DNA from: Bispira polyomma
Taxonomy: Eukaryota
DNA length: 64,000 nt
Assembly (NCBI GenBank): GCA_965649765.1
Contig: OZ287754.1
Coordinates: 10,478,001-10,542,000 of the forward strand
Direction: 5' to 3'
This document shows positions 50,810-64,000 of this stretch, in pieces. The notes under the pieces were generated by a model. That model was not told where the DNA came from, ran no database searches, and saw only the letters and a list, made by a program, of their open reading frames with translations. How positions within the stretch are numbered: position 1 is the first letter of the stretch; the number at the start of each line of letters is the position of its first letter. The position numbers and the translations under genes were made by a program.

Positions 50810-52905
50810 TGTTGTTATACTGATAAGCCAATGATGTGGCTACCAATGGACATACACCCCTTTTTATTAACATATATGTGAACATTATTCTATTCGGTTT
50901 GCTAAGAACAATCAGAATGGTATATGTGCAAAGGCAATGGCCGATGCAATATCATGTAACAACTCCAGAAAATTCTGGACTGAAGTGAAAAAGAAATTAA
51001 TTAATAAAAACTCAAGTATTCTGAATGTTGATAATGTCGCTGAAAAACAGAATATTTGTGATTTATTTGGAGATAAATATAAGACCTATATACTTCTGTA
51101 CCTTATAATGTTGAAGAGATGAAAACATTATGTAACAGTATTGATAATAAAATTGTTGGGAATTGTATTGAAGGCAAGTGTCATAATGAGCATGTGATTA
51201 CTGTAAATGATGTATTTGATAGTGTTGCTAAATTGAAGAATCACAAAGGTGATGGGATACATAATGCATTTTCTTGTAACATAACAAATGCTCCCTACTT
51301 GTCATCTGTATATATTTCAATATTGTTCTCATGTATGTTACGTCATGGTGTTATACCAGGTGATATGACCCTTGGTACTATAACTCCAATAATTAAGAAC
51401 AAACGTAAATCTGGTAATGAATCTAACAACTTTAGAGCAATAACCTTGAGTAGCATATTGGGTAAAATGTTTGATAATGTAATACTTTCTCAAAACAGTA
51501 ATGCTCTAAACACATGTGATTTACAATTTGGTTTTAAAGTAAACATTCTACAGTTAAGTGTACTTTTGTTCAGAAAGAAATTGTGCAGTATTATGGTAAC
51601 AATAATAGTAATGTATATTGCCTTTTACTTGATGCAACACAAGCATTTGATCGTGTACAATATGTTAAACTTTTCAATGTCCTCATTAAGAGAGGGGTAT
51701 GTCCTGTGACACTAGATTTTTAATTATGTTATACACTCAACAAAACTTACGAGTCAAGTGGGAAAACTGTTATTTATCTGAATTTGGTGTTAAAAATGGT
51801 GTGAAACAAGGAGAAGTATTGTCACCTATATTATTTACAGTTTGCTTTGATGAGCTTCTTCAAATGTTACTAAAGTCAGGTTATGACTGTTGGATAGGCA
51901 ATACATTCTGTGGAGCATTGGCATATGCAGATGATGTGACAATTTTAGCTCCAACCTTAACATCAACTAAGTTACTGTTACAAATTGTACATGCTTTTGG
52001 TAAGGAATATCATGTAAAGTTCAACCCTAGCAAAACTAAGCTTGTGAGATTTGGTTCTTCAAGAAATAATGAGAACAATGAATATGTAATGTTTAACACT
52101 CATAAAATATATTGTGAGACCAATGCAAGCCACCTGGGCAATCTTATTGGGAATAATACAGAAAAAGATAATATTCAGAAAAATATAACTGAATTTGTAG
52201 CAAATGTAAATATAATAATGTGTTATTTTCACATGTCTATTACTGAGATAAAATACAAATTGTTAAAAGCATACTGTATGCCATTGTATGGCTGCTGTTT
52301 GTGGGACTTCTCTGGTAATGATGTAAGCAGATTTTGTGTAACATGGCGTAAATGTATAAGGAGGATATTAAATATACCCCATAACACATACTGTAGGTTT
52401 TTACCTTATATTGTAAATGACAAAACTAAAGAAATCCAGTTGCATAAAAGGTTTGTTAATTTTTTTAGTGATGCAATGTGTAGTGAGAGTAGTTTGATTA
52501 ATTTATGTTCCAATTTAGCAAACAGTGGTAGTTGTTCTGTTTGCAACAGTTATGTATTTTTTAAACACAAGTATGGCATGCAAAATGATTATGCTAATTA
52601 TAATGAAAACCCATGTTGTGAGAATGAAAAGCTTAGTGTTGATGATGTTGTTCATATAAATATTATACAGGACCTATTAAGTCTGAGGGAGGATGGAAAT
52701 ACTTTTTAAACCCAACAGGAAATAAATGAGATATTAAAATACGTATGTACAGTATGATATAACATGTAGTATTCTTTATTATGTACATATATTATGTGTT
52801 GTTTTTTTTTTTTGTTTTTTTTTCTGTTTTTGTTTGTTTCTATCATGTTTGTATATTATAAACAATGTAAATTGAGTATGAATAAACTATATGAACTATG
52901 AACTA
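50810..52905 (+). mobile_element. 5'-truncated non-LTR retrotransposon (RT domain, frameshifted); RTE-X/Proto2-like, clade uncertain
   Basis: Motifs FRAITLSS, LQFGFK, LLDATQAFDRV, GVKQGEVLSP and YADD across ORFs 50937-52709; 3' AATAAA followed by a (tgaacta)n tail. Confidence 0.9.
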
Positions 52906-53446
52906 TATAACATTGTGGCCTTATAATCCTATATGTACACATTATGTTATAATATACAGCTTGTTGCATTGGGTTTAGTCTCAACAAATGAGAAATTTAC
53001 AATTGATACAATAGATAATTTAGTGAGTACTTGTGTATAAGAAAGTACTCTGAACAAACTAAACATGCGTTACTTCATCTACACTACTTGTTTTGACATA
53101 TTTTGTAAAGTTGGACATATATTGCAGTGACTTTACTAACTCTTAGTAACATTGAACAGTGTTTTAAATATACAATAAAAACTCTATTATACAAACTCTT
53201 TTTATCCAAATATTTGATTTTACAAACTCATTTTCAATGTCACAAATTTAAGTTTTAGAAAATAGAAAAAAACTTTTGAAATCATTACATGATTGTATAC
53301 ACATCACATAGGTTACAAGTGTAAGCAATGTTTTCAAACTCCATCTTCACAGATCAGAGTCAGAAATGACTTTTTTATGTGTTGTGTATTGTACTTCTGT
53401 ATTGTCTGTCAAACAAAAAATCAATAAAAAATATGTTTTATCAATT

Positions 53447-56400
53447 GTAACATTGTGGACTTATCATAGTCCTATATGTACACATTATGTTATTATATAC
53501 AGTATGTTTCATTGGGTTTAGTCTCAACAAATGAGAAATTTAGAATTAATGCAATAGATAATTTAGTGAGTACTTGTGTAAAAGAAAGTACTCTGAACAA
53601 ACTAAATATGCGTTACTATATCTACACTACTTGTTTTGACATATTTTGTAAAGTTGGACATATATTGCAGTGACTTTACTAACTCTTAGTAAGATTGAAC
53701 AGTGTTTTAAATATACAGTAAAAACTCTATTATACAAACTTTTTTGTCCAAATATTTGATTTTACAAACTCATTTTCACTCTCACAAATTTAAGATTTTT
53801 TATAGTTTGATACAAAAGTGCATTTTATGCTTTATGAACCTTCTATTATCCAAAGAAAATGATACTCTTGCAATATGTTCGGATAATAGAGGTTCTACTG
53901 TATTTTGTATGGTCTGATCTAGTCAGCTACAAAAAAGGACACCAGTGCAGTTTATGAAATAGAAAGAAACTTTTTGAAATCATTAAATGATTGTATACAC
54001 ATCACATATGTTACAAGTATAAGCGATGTTTTCAAACTCCATCTTCACAGATATAAATAGCAAATACATGTACCGGGTACACACAAATATAAACCAGCAC
54101 CATTAAAGCTTCGAATGATCATATTTTATATCTATATGGTCAATGTGTGTACTTTTGTCAAAACAAATTGTGCATCCAAAAGAAAGACACCAACATTCTT
54201 AATCGTAAACAAAAGTTGTCTCTTTTTAAAAAGGACACAGGTTGCACAGTGTGAAAAATATTAAATCTGACACCCCCACTCAATTTGGCCAGGTCACTTG
54301 CTTCCAACCTAATCCAGGAAAGCCATTGCAGCAATCCTGGTGGTGCTTTTCAACATGTTCACACCCTTTTCAGAGTGAAAAAAACCTATCTACATATTAA
54401 TTTTGATTAAGCTATGTTGGTGTATACAAGTACCACTTTCATTGGTAAGCATGCTTCACATTGTATTTTTGAGTCCAAAAATTCGAAAATCTATTGAGCA
54501 TATAATACACAGTACGTAGAATCTTGATTATCTGATTGCTTATTATCTGAATATTTGATTTGATTGACGGTTGTCCACTGTCCAAAATTGATGTTTTCTA
54601 TTGTTTTTAGACAAGAATAAACGTTGTACAAAATGTAGTTCATCAACTTTCTGTTATCTGAACAAAATACTGGTACTCTCAACATATTTGAGATAATACA
54701 CTTTTCTACTGTTCATGTATATTACCACTTTCCATCGCTTATAAAATATGCTTTACTTTATATTCCCTTTCAATTATTCAAAAATAACAAATATATATAT
54801 ATACAATGTACAGTACCTCTGTTATAGTGACACCAATCAACAAGTTTTTCCCGGTCTATTTTTTGAGCCATCAGTGAATTGTACACCATCTCTGAATATT
54901 AAACACCACCTCTTTCTAATGAATATTTTGGCTGGGTCTAACTTAATGGAGGTTTTGCTATACTAGAAAACCCTTTACCACTGCACTCTCCGTGTGACTG
55001 TCCTGACATATAAGCTCTGGTTCACTATATGAAAGTTTTACTGTACTATTGCAAGCCCTTTGTCAGCTCAGATTACCTCATACTGTACTCTCCTTATGAC
55101 AGACCTGCTTCTCTTTCTCTATCAGCTTTGGCCAATACATTGGGCTGTCTACCAGTCTGGCTAGCCTCTCCGCCAGATAGCTCTGTTCTGTGTCCCTCAG
55201 GATCTGCAGGAAGTCGTCGTAGAGTCCCTTAGTGCCCCGGAGGATGTACTTAGACAGCATGCAGTCGTTCTTCTCCTGTGTGGTCATCAAAGAGATCTTC
55301 TCCTTGGCATCCAGATCCAGGTATAATCTGGTAAAGAGCATGGTGATGACACGATCTGGCTTCATCAAGGACTGCAGAATGCTGTAGTTCCTCTGTACCT
55401 GAGTGCGCTGGACTTTGTTCAGGGGAGAGTCTAAAAGAACATAGAAAAAGAGACATATTGATATGTATCATTATGGTCTATTTGTGTTCAGGGAAGAGTA
55501 TGAAAGTAAACTTAATTCAAAAGGTGTATTTAGATGAACAATATTTAGTCTATTCATACACATTTACATACATATGTATTTACATACAGTTTGTCCAAAT
55601 ATTCAAATCTTTACCACCCTTTCACTCTCTCCCAAAGTTAGACATTCCTATTTTTTTAAACAGTAATGCCTCTTCCAGTCTTTAAACCTTCTATTATTCG
55701 AACAAAATATTGCTCTCTCATCATGTTCGGATAATAGAGGTTCCACTGTACTTCATCTTTTTTAATAAAAAAAGATTATCATTAGTTACCTTTTGTCTGT
55801 GGTTCCTCCTCAATCAGGTCTGTAGCTACATGGCTGCAGGGTGGTGGAGCGCACAGTGTGTCTGTGGAACAGCATCTGGACAAGTTTCTCATCATGGCTA
55901 TCTCCAGTACTTCCAACCTTTTTGGTATTCGCCTTAGTTCCTCCTGTCGCTTCATTTCCTCAATGTACTCTTCAAACAGGGCCACAATCTGATCGCAGTT
56001 ATTTTCTATGGCGATGGCCTTGGCCGTCTGACCTTGGCTGTTCTTGACCGTGGGTTTCGTGTAGTTTATGAGCCGCCTCACGGCTCCATAGTTATTGCTG
56101 AGGCAAGCCAGGTGGAACGGGGTTTGACCTTGAACCTTGTCATTGGCACTGGGACTGGCGCCCATGTCCAGCAGGAGCCCTATGACCTCTGGCTGGATTT
56201 TGTTATAGCAACAGGCAAAGTGGAGCGGGGTCAGGCCGGACTCGGTCTTGTTTTCCAAGGTGGCCCCATTCTGGAACATCAGTTTGACCACATCCAGTGA
56301 ACCCTTGGCACACGCCACATGTATTGGGCACACTTCTTCTGCTATGTGGGCGGTCCAGACCATTGGCACGGCCATCTTGATTTTGCCCTTGATCAACCTC

Positions 56401-56920
56401 TAGAGCTTTTCTATGTCACCGTCGAGTATGGCCTGTACAAAAATGTTGGCGTACTTTTGTACTCTATTCGCTCCAGTACCCGTAAGTCTTCTGTAAAACT
56501 TAGTTGCCATACTTAATTTTAATATATTTAGTCCAGTTTTTGTTTTCTCTTTCGAATGTTGTTAAAGTATATATATATATATATATATTTTATATATATA
56601 TATGTGTGTGTTTTGCTAGCTATTATATATATCAATATAAGGATAGGCTGGCTAAAAGAACTGTACAAATCTTATAAAAAAATTGTTAATCAATTATTGT
56701 TCTAAGATATAAACTAAATGCAGACTGGTATATCACAGTTCTAGATTTAACAACAGTATATATGTGTTAAAACTGACACGGACTGTTTTCACAAAACAAT
56801 TGTTTTTCCTCTGATTAGTTACTAATTCCGTCTTTAAACTACTGGTTCTGAATTCAAACTGATTGAAATATTCCTCATAACACTTCTACACACACATACC
56901 CATTGATTTTTGGGATACCT
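53447..56920 (+). repeat. Segmental duplicate of about 28680-33075 (ANK-CARD gene and 3' flank)
   Basis: Collinear similarity through the 3' flank, both exons and the 5' UTR. Confidence 0.9.
55078..56510 (-). pseudogene. Duplicate ANK-CARD gene with a premature TAG at codon 37; exons 56510-55790 and 55430-55078
   Basis: Clear paralog of 30654-32655. ATG at 56510; CGG>TAG at 56402-56400; splice sites intact; CARD exon has the same length (353 nt) and is open; linker shortened in frame. Confidence 0.8.
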
Positions 56921-58189
56921 AAGATTATTATATAGATAAATACCAAGTAGCAATACATTATGTAAACCTAATGGTGTACGAGAGCCTTTAAATAATGTAA
57001 GTGCCACGAGGTGTTTAGATAAACACCAAATGGCAATACATTATGCAACCCTTATGGTGTATGAGAGCCTTTAAATAACGTAAGTGCCACGAGATGTTTA
57101 TCCATTCTAAAACCCAAGCGAGATGCATTGCCATTGAACTGTCACAACATTTTTGCATGATTATGCCAATGCTTATTTCACAACGATTCGACCCGTTGAT
57201 TGGATTAAACCCATAGTATCCACCCTTCAAATTTCGGTTTGTGGGAGATATATTAAGACAAGAAGTTACACTCTATGCATTGGTTGTTAAAACAGTTAAA
57301 CTATTTCACAAATGACTCTTTTTAACAATACTAATATAAATTACTGTGACTCTTCAGTGTCAGTCAAGAATACTAACTCCACTACTATTATGCACATGTA
57401 AAAGTATTCGTTACTTGAAAATTATAAGGTCCACTGTGTTGAACGTATGCTAAGATAGAGCAATGAGATGTAACATATATGTAATCGCTTGGTTTGTATT
57501 ATTTGTCGGTCACACCAATGCATCCATTGTACCTTAAAATCTATGTTCCTTGTTGAACATGTTATTCATTATCGTATTGAAGATGTGTGTCATATAGGTA
57601 TTATGATGTCATTGGCCTAATTGAGGGCCACCCAGTAACATTAGTTAGCTACGTTTCACAACAAATTTGAAACATACAGCCACCTAGTAGTACAAATATA
57701 CGTAACTTTATTTACATTACAAAACGTTTCATGATGTTTTTGTGACATTTCGTGACGTTTTTATGACAAATCTACCCCAGATAAAAAATATAACAAAAAC
57801 AGCCACTTTATCACTAGCTACTACTGGGCAATGCTACGTATTGCTACTTAATGTTACTTAGTCCTACTTAATGTTAAGTTACTTAATAAGTACAGACTTA
57901 CAGCCATAATATATCGTATCTGCTCAACGGGGAGGTGTGACTGGGACATTACAAATTTAGTCAAGCATTAATTCTTCTGTCTAGAAGGTTATGTTTCCCC
58001 ACCTGTGTCCAGTGGTTTTTGTGATTGTTTGCTAGTTCAAGAATAATTCACAAACCTACTGATCTGATTTACATGCAATTTGGCAGAGGGATGGGGCATG
58101 GCCCAAGGTAGAATCCAATAAAATTTGGGATGATCTAGATGGATTCAGGTATTATTTAGTAAACTTTTTTGGAATTGTAGCACCTTGGT

Positions 58190-61100
58190 TGAGATGTGCG
58201 GTTGACAAAGTGGTCTTAAAATTAATAGGGGCCTTCAGACAGGCCGCAGTGGCCTGGTGGTTTTCTAAGCGTCAGATAGCTCCTGAAGTGCCTGCTCGTT
58301 TGGTACAAAGCCGGCACAATGTAACGGAATGCGGGCAGATAACTGAAATGCATCTTCTGATGTGTCGCTTACATAAGCATCTGAGCCGTTAAAGGTATGA
58401 CCATGAGAAGAGAGGTGTGATGTGGGAACGAGGTGAACTTCGCTGCATTTCAGGTCATAAGATTTGGCACGGAATTGAGAGCCTGAGAGCTTCCTAGCCC
58501 ACAGACAGGTTTTGTCCAAAGAGGTTACAAGATACTTTTCCCTTGCTGTGTGTTTACTGCTATCCTGTTTTACATACACTAAATCACCCACTTTAACATC
58601 AGCCTTTGTAGCCACCCCTCCACCGGGTAACTTTCTAAGGGCACTAGATGGGTGGTTAGCTTTACGATTTGCTAGTTCAGTATCCGCAAGGGTACCATCA
58701 GAGAAATTTAACTTATCACCAGTGTAATTATCTCTTTGGATTTCTTTTGCACTGAGACCGATTGCGCACCCGGGCATTTAATTGTAGCAGTCACAATAGC
58801 TAACTCCTGAGGATTCACAGGGTCACCTTCAGGATTGGCCATTTTCAATTCCTTTTCGAGTTCTTGAATTGCCTTTTCAGCCACAGGGTTTTTATTCTTA
58901 TTTTTCACTTCAAGATGTATGTTCAGACGAGAGAGAGAGCGATCTTTGAGTAAACTGTTGAATGCAGATGCTCCATTTACACGAATAGTACAGCCAGAGA
59001 CATCTTTGAGATCAGCAGTTGATTCAATAATAGCCGTGCAGAGGCTGTCGGCTTGTTCATCTGGGATAATCTTTATGATAGTGAATGAAGAGAAAATATC
59101 ACATATAAGAAATATTTTTTGACGGGCACGGCACAATACATCACATGCAAACTGTATACCTGGGCGAGTAGGTGAGGAAGAGGTAGAAAAATCTTCCATC
59201 TCTCGAGGTAATGAAGCAATAGCTGCACACTGAGCACAATGGCCAGTTACAATGTCAATTTCTTTATCCATATCCAAGGCAAAGAAGTACCGGTGACATA
59301 ACTTTGCTAACTGAGATTTACTTGGGTGATGCAGCTTGAAATACAAAACATTAAGTAGGCCTGTGTGGGCATGATGTGGTATAATGATGAAGAAAGATCC
59401 TTTTTTACCGCTAGCAAGCCATCATGGGCTAATGTAGCAACTCTGAGGTAGCAATTGACATCTTTGATCTTTTCCGATTTGGCCTAGTACCTTGAGCTTA
59501 GTGAGCATAAGTGCTGCAGAGTGAAAGGCAATCCTGCTGTGTGGCCTTCCAGGCAGTACTTGATAGAAATGGCATTTGAAACCAGCCATTCATTATGTTG
59601 GAGATAACCAGATTGGAGATTGTGATATGGGTGCAATCGTGAATGAATCGGCAGATTTGACAGTCTTGAGTGTCACACTCCATTGAGTGGCGAGAGTGGT
59701 AGTCGGTGGGGAGATTTGCAGGTCCAGATATGTGCTGTAGGCTTACTTTAAAGCAACTCATGGTTGACAAGAACGCGAAGAGAACTCGCCTCGACACAGC
59801 TTTGAGAGATGACTGAGCAGCAGCAAAATTTGATGACAGCTCGTCAGACCATTCAATAGTTTTTGTTGGATTCTTGGCTGGTGGTAGCAGACTCCAGAGG
59901 AGAAAGTAGTGTGGACCACACCATGAGCAGAGGCCATTGACAGTCTTTGGCGGGGTGGTCTTGACTAATGGTGTAATTTTGTGCGGAGAGGCCTGTATGC
60001 TCCCTGCAGACCAAATCCAGCCCGAGATAGTTGTGATAATGGGACAAATGACAGTTTTTGATGGCGAAAGATGCAAGTTGTTGCACTGGAATCTCTGCAA
60101 GATACGCTCCCAGTTTACTAGAAGTTCAGCAATGGAGTCTCAAACCTTTAAAGGGAGTGAGGACTCCAAGGTACTTCATTAAAGATTTCTGCATTGGTAG
60201 CTGAAAAAACTAGTCATATCAGTTTTGATAATATACTTGTGACCAGCCAAAAAGCGGAAAACATTGTCAGTGGTGGTAATACGCGATGGAGAGGGTTTTG
60301 CGTATGAACCAATATTGTTGAAGGCGGTTAAAAATCATGTTCCCCCTTTTTGACCAAAAAACTGGGTGAGACATATTCTATTGTAACTCCAACGTCTTCA
60401 GGTTTAGCAAGAACACCCAGTTTCTCAAAGTCATCATTTTTGTCTTGCAGCAATCGTAACTTTTCAGAATTATAAGAGGAAAGCCTGGCCTTGGTGGGAG
60501 GAGGATCAATTGGGCCCATATTGATGAATGCACGTACACTACCAGAAGCATCATTATATTTGTCAATATGCTTGTTGAATACCTCATCATAGTGCTCATT
60601 GAGACCTACAAACAGGCTTTTTTCTGTTGGGGTCAATTGATGATCAGGGTCTATATCAACAGCAGTAGAATGTCTGTCATTGATGCAATATGATGTATCC
60701 TGTGGATTAGATTTACTGCTATCCCATAGGGAGGTATAGGACCTCTGGATATTTTAAGCGTCAGTGGAAAAATATGCCTGAGCAACGTGTTGATGTTTTC
60801 TGATGACTATAGGGTCACGGGATAGGTTAGCAATGCGTATTTTACCGTGTATTGCAGAAGTAATTGCTGGTTGTAACCACAGGTGTGTGTTGGTGTCAAA
60901 TCTGGGCTCAACTGCTGTTGTAGTTGTATCCGAAAATTCTAGAGGAGCTTTAACCTCTAAAAAGTCTCCAGGAAACAGCATCTGATGAGTAGGGGCTCTC
61001 AGCAGAAATGATCGTGAACGCCTTACTTCAGATGGGGTATTGTCTTTGAGGTTTGATCTATATGAGATAGTATGCTTCTCCTGTATAATTATCCTGTCAC

Positions 61101-61977
61101 TTGGTATATCAAGAAGAATGTTATTGTATCTCATGAATGGGACACCAGCTAATGTCACAATCCAAATCTGCTACAACAACTGCTTGCAGGTGAAACGATA
61201 GGGTCCCTCTAGACAGCTCCACATGAACTTCTCCACATGCTTTCATATGTGTCTTGCCATCAGCTTGACTTGCAGAATGTAGTGTAGGAGATATTGGCAT
61301 CTGTAATTTAACAGCAAAATCATATCTGATGAGTGAAGAGGTAGCACCAGAATCACAAGTACTCATAACAGGATTGTGATTGTAAAAGGCTTTAAAACTA
61401 GGAGATGCTGAGGTAGTGATTTTTTTGACTGTAGTGTTGTTCCCCTGACCAGTATGGCCTAGTCATTCATCTCCTTCCAAGTCTAGATCGTCAATCTCTA
61501 CGGAAATGCTTTCTTCATCCTCAGGGGATGAGTGTGTGTCTACTTTGAATAATTTAAGCATATCCCTTTTTCAGCTTTAGAAATGTAATCACAATGGAAG
61601 ACAGAGTGGCCAAAGTAAGGTCTGTTTTCGGCTTTACAAATTTGACACTGGGGCTTTGAGCTGGCCAACTTTAGGCGTGTTTGAAGACCTAACTTAGGAC
61701 TTAGGCTTTTGACGTCGCTTCTTGTAAGGAGGAGGCCTTTTCTGTTTGTATGAAGTGAAGACTCGAGATGCCTTGACCTCGTCATTACGTAATTTCTTTA
61801 GAAAACCATCCCGCCGCTGCCACCACATCAGGTATTTTTATATAATAAACACTAGAGCAACGTTTCACAACTTTATTATGTCCAAATATATAATCCAAAG
61901 TCACGAATGAAAGCCGAAGGACACGAACCACAATAACAACGTGGCGAAGCGTTCACTTAACAACTACTAGTCTGTCA
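58190..61977 (-). mobile_element. Decayed Ty3/Gypsy LTR retrotransposon: 5' LTR, PBS, gag Zn-knuckle, protease, RT/RNase H fragments, integrase
   Basis: CQICKAENRPYFGHSVFHC knuckle, CDSGATSS protease, SPSFLVKK RT start, HISGPANLPTDYHSR, and an integrase with HHP...CAQC and NPVAEKAIQELE, in PR-RT-RH-IN order. Many frameshifts and deletions; no 3' LTR seen. Confidence 0.88.
61808..61825 (-). promoter_or_regulatory. Primer-binding site complementary to the 3' end of tRNA-Leu
   Basis: TGGTGGCAGCGGCGGGAT directly after a ~150-bp TG-starting LTR with AATAAA; one mismatch to the complement of ...ATCCCACCGCTGCCACCA. Confidence 0.7.
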
Positions 61978-64000
61978 TGGTGTGGTTCCACTTACAAGTA
62001 TGATCAGGAAAATTGGCCCATTTTTTGAGATCTTGACACTGTATCGGTAATATGATTTGACGGATCTATACCCCTCTATATCTCTCAGGATCAAACCTCT
62101 AATAATCAAGGTCTGTAATGCTATGCTAATGCTATCTGACTTTGTATATACCCATGTTTGATATTCTTCTACACCACCCCGTTTGACCTGTTTTCGTCCC
62201 CTGAAATATAAATTTGAATGGGCCAGCATTAGGACAGGCACGGAGTGAGATAAGACCTATCAGACAGAATGTAATGACAATAGGATCGAACTTATTAAGC
62301 AATACGTTTTTTGGGTCCGGGAAGCTAGTCCGCCGGACTTTTTAACCTAAAAACGTGCCAGATCGGGGAGTAAATTGGGAATGTGAAACCGCTACATTAC
62401 CAATCCTGAATCCTGTTCATCCCTTTATGTAGAAAAGTTTGTCAACTTCTTGCAGTCGGCCGGTGATTTACAGTGCTTCAGTACTGGTTTCCCCCACCGT
62501 TAAATATGGATATCATGATATTTCATAAACTGTTAAAACAACCCAACTGTTTTAAAATAAATAGAAATGTAGAGGACAATTAGATGGGAAAGTGTTTTAT
62601 ACTCATAGGTACCAGGACTGCAAGATAGCTAAGGAGAATTAGCCTTTGTGAAAAAATCATTTTAGGAGTTTTCTCCTGATAGGAAGTTGAAAGTTATATT
62701 TAAGAGTGTACTGTTAGGAATGATAAATCAGTGTAGCAATATTACAACAAATGGGATGTTTTTTTTTCCAATTTGACAAGTTCAGGCTGACTGTCCTTGT
62801 TTTGTACTTGTGAATGATTCAGATATAATTTTATTACTGTTTCTTGTTGACAGACATTGTTTTTGTGATGGACTCCTTTGGAGTGATTTTACTACAGTAC
62901 TAAACAATTATAACTTTTGTGCATATTCACAGATATTGAAGGGGAATGACTACTAAATTACTTTAAGGGTATTCCGAAAGCTAATTCACAAAGATAAATA
63001 TTCAGAAGCTATTTGTTTGAGGGTCTTTTTGTCATACTCAGCCATCTTGGAATGGACTGGAAATCACCTAGTTCCATATTTTCCAAGATATCTAAAAAAA
63101 ATCAACAGTTCAGACCTGTTTTCTTTTATACAGAAAAGTCAGGCTATGATTGATGTTTAATTTGATATATGATTTGTAGGGCCAGCACTTCACCGGACTT
63201 CAGTATAGCGCAAAAGGCTATAAGATAACATATAACAAAATTAATAGTGGTCTCGCCCCCTTTGTCGGGGCCAACAATGAATGCTCTCGTGAAACTATTT
63301 GACCTTGGCTTTTGTATTATTAATTTACCAACAAAGATAAGGTGTTTGATTAATTGTTTCTTACATGTCACGATCAGCGCTTTAATGACATGTTAAAAAG
63401 TGTCCTGCTATGATTTGAAATCAAGAGTACTTAAAACCGACCTCTGACTGAAAAACCAAACATGTTTATCAGGTTATTATTTCTATATATGGACTTTAGT
63501 ATTGTGGCGGTCACAAGCTACAGCCAATCTTTATTTACATATTTTGTATTGCGTTGTATTATAGGAATTTTAATATGCTTTAGTGATGCTAGTAGGACTG
63601 TTCTAGATAAATATTAAAATACAATAAGCCAAAATCAATAGTGTTTTCAAATAATAGCTTTTAGATATTCTCGCAGAGAAATACTATCGTAAACAGCTAT
63701 TTATCTGTCACATAATGCTTATGGCCTATATCGCAAAGGTACACATCCACATAATTTAAAGCACTGGAGGGGAGGCGTAACATTCTAAAATTATTTCTTA
63801 TGCATAAAATTTACCTTTTAACATTCTAACATATTTAAACTTATTTTCTATGGGTAACAGAATGAAAATTACATACTGGGTTTATATTGTTTTTTTTCCC
63901 CCACAATCCTAGGCAGTACCTGTGATGGATTGTTTTTCCTGCAAAACAAGGACGCATCACTGTTAGATTTTTTTTGTAATGGTGATTTTAATCTCATTTA

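Overview
AT-rich, repeat-dense eukaryotic DNA from an invertebrate animal, probably a lophotrochozoan such as a mollusc (inferred from the SINE, LINE and MITE types). (1) A 5'-incomplete + strand gene with 14 coding exons (4395-22361, at least 655 aa) can be rebuilt by hand from phase-consistent GT-AG exons. It encodes three tandem ~150-aa Cys-containing beta-rich repeats (possibly beta-trefoil), an EGF-like cluster and a possible GPI-signal tail. Five of its splice junctions are tandemly amplified into repeat arrays, and two arrays could yield in-frame cassette micro-exons. (2) A convergent two-exon - strand gene (32655-30654, 452 aa) encodes an ankyrin-repeat / coiled-coil / CARD protein, with TATA, Inr, AP-1 and kB-like motifs upstream. 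(3) A segmental duplicate of it (56510-55078) has one nonsense codon, only in-frame indels and no proximal promoter. An orphan piece of the + strand gene's EGF array lies next to the duplicate. (4) The rest is transposon-derived: a decayed Gypsy element with a tRNA-Leu PBS, a LINE flanked by unusually long direct repeats, L2 fragments, tRNA-derived SINEs, MITEs, a Helentron-like element, minisatellites and a triplicated non-coding block. All exon models and alignments were made by eye and need RNA-seq and HMM confirmation.
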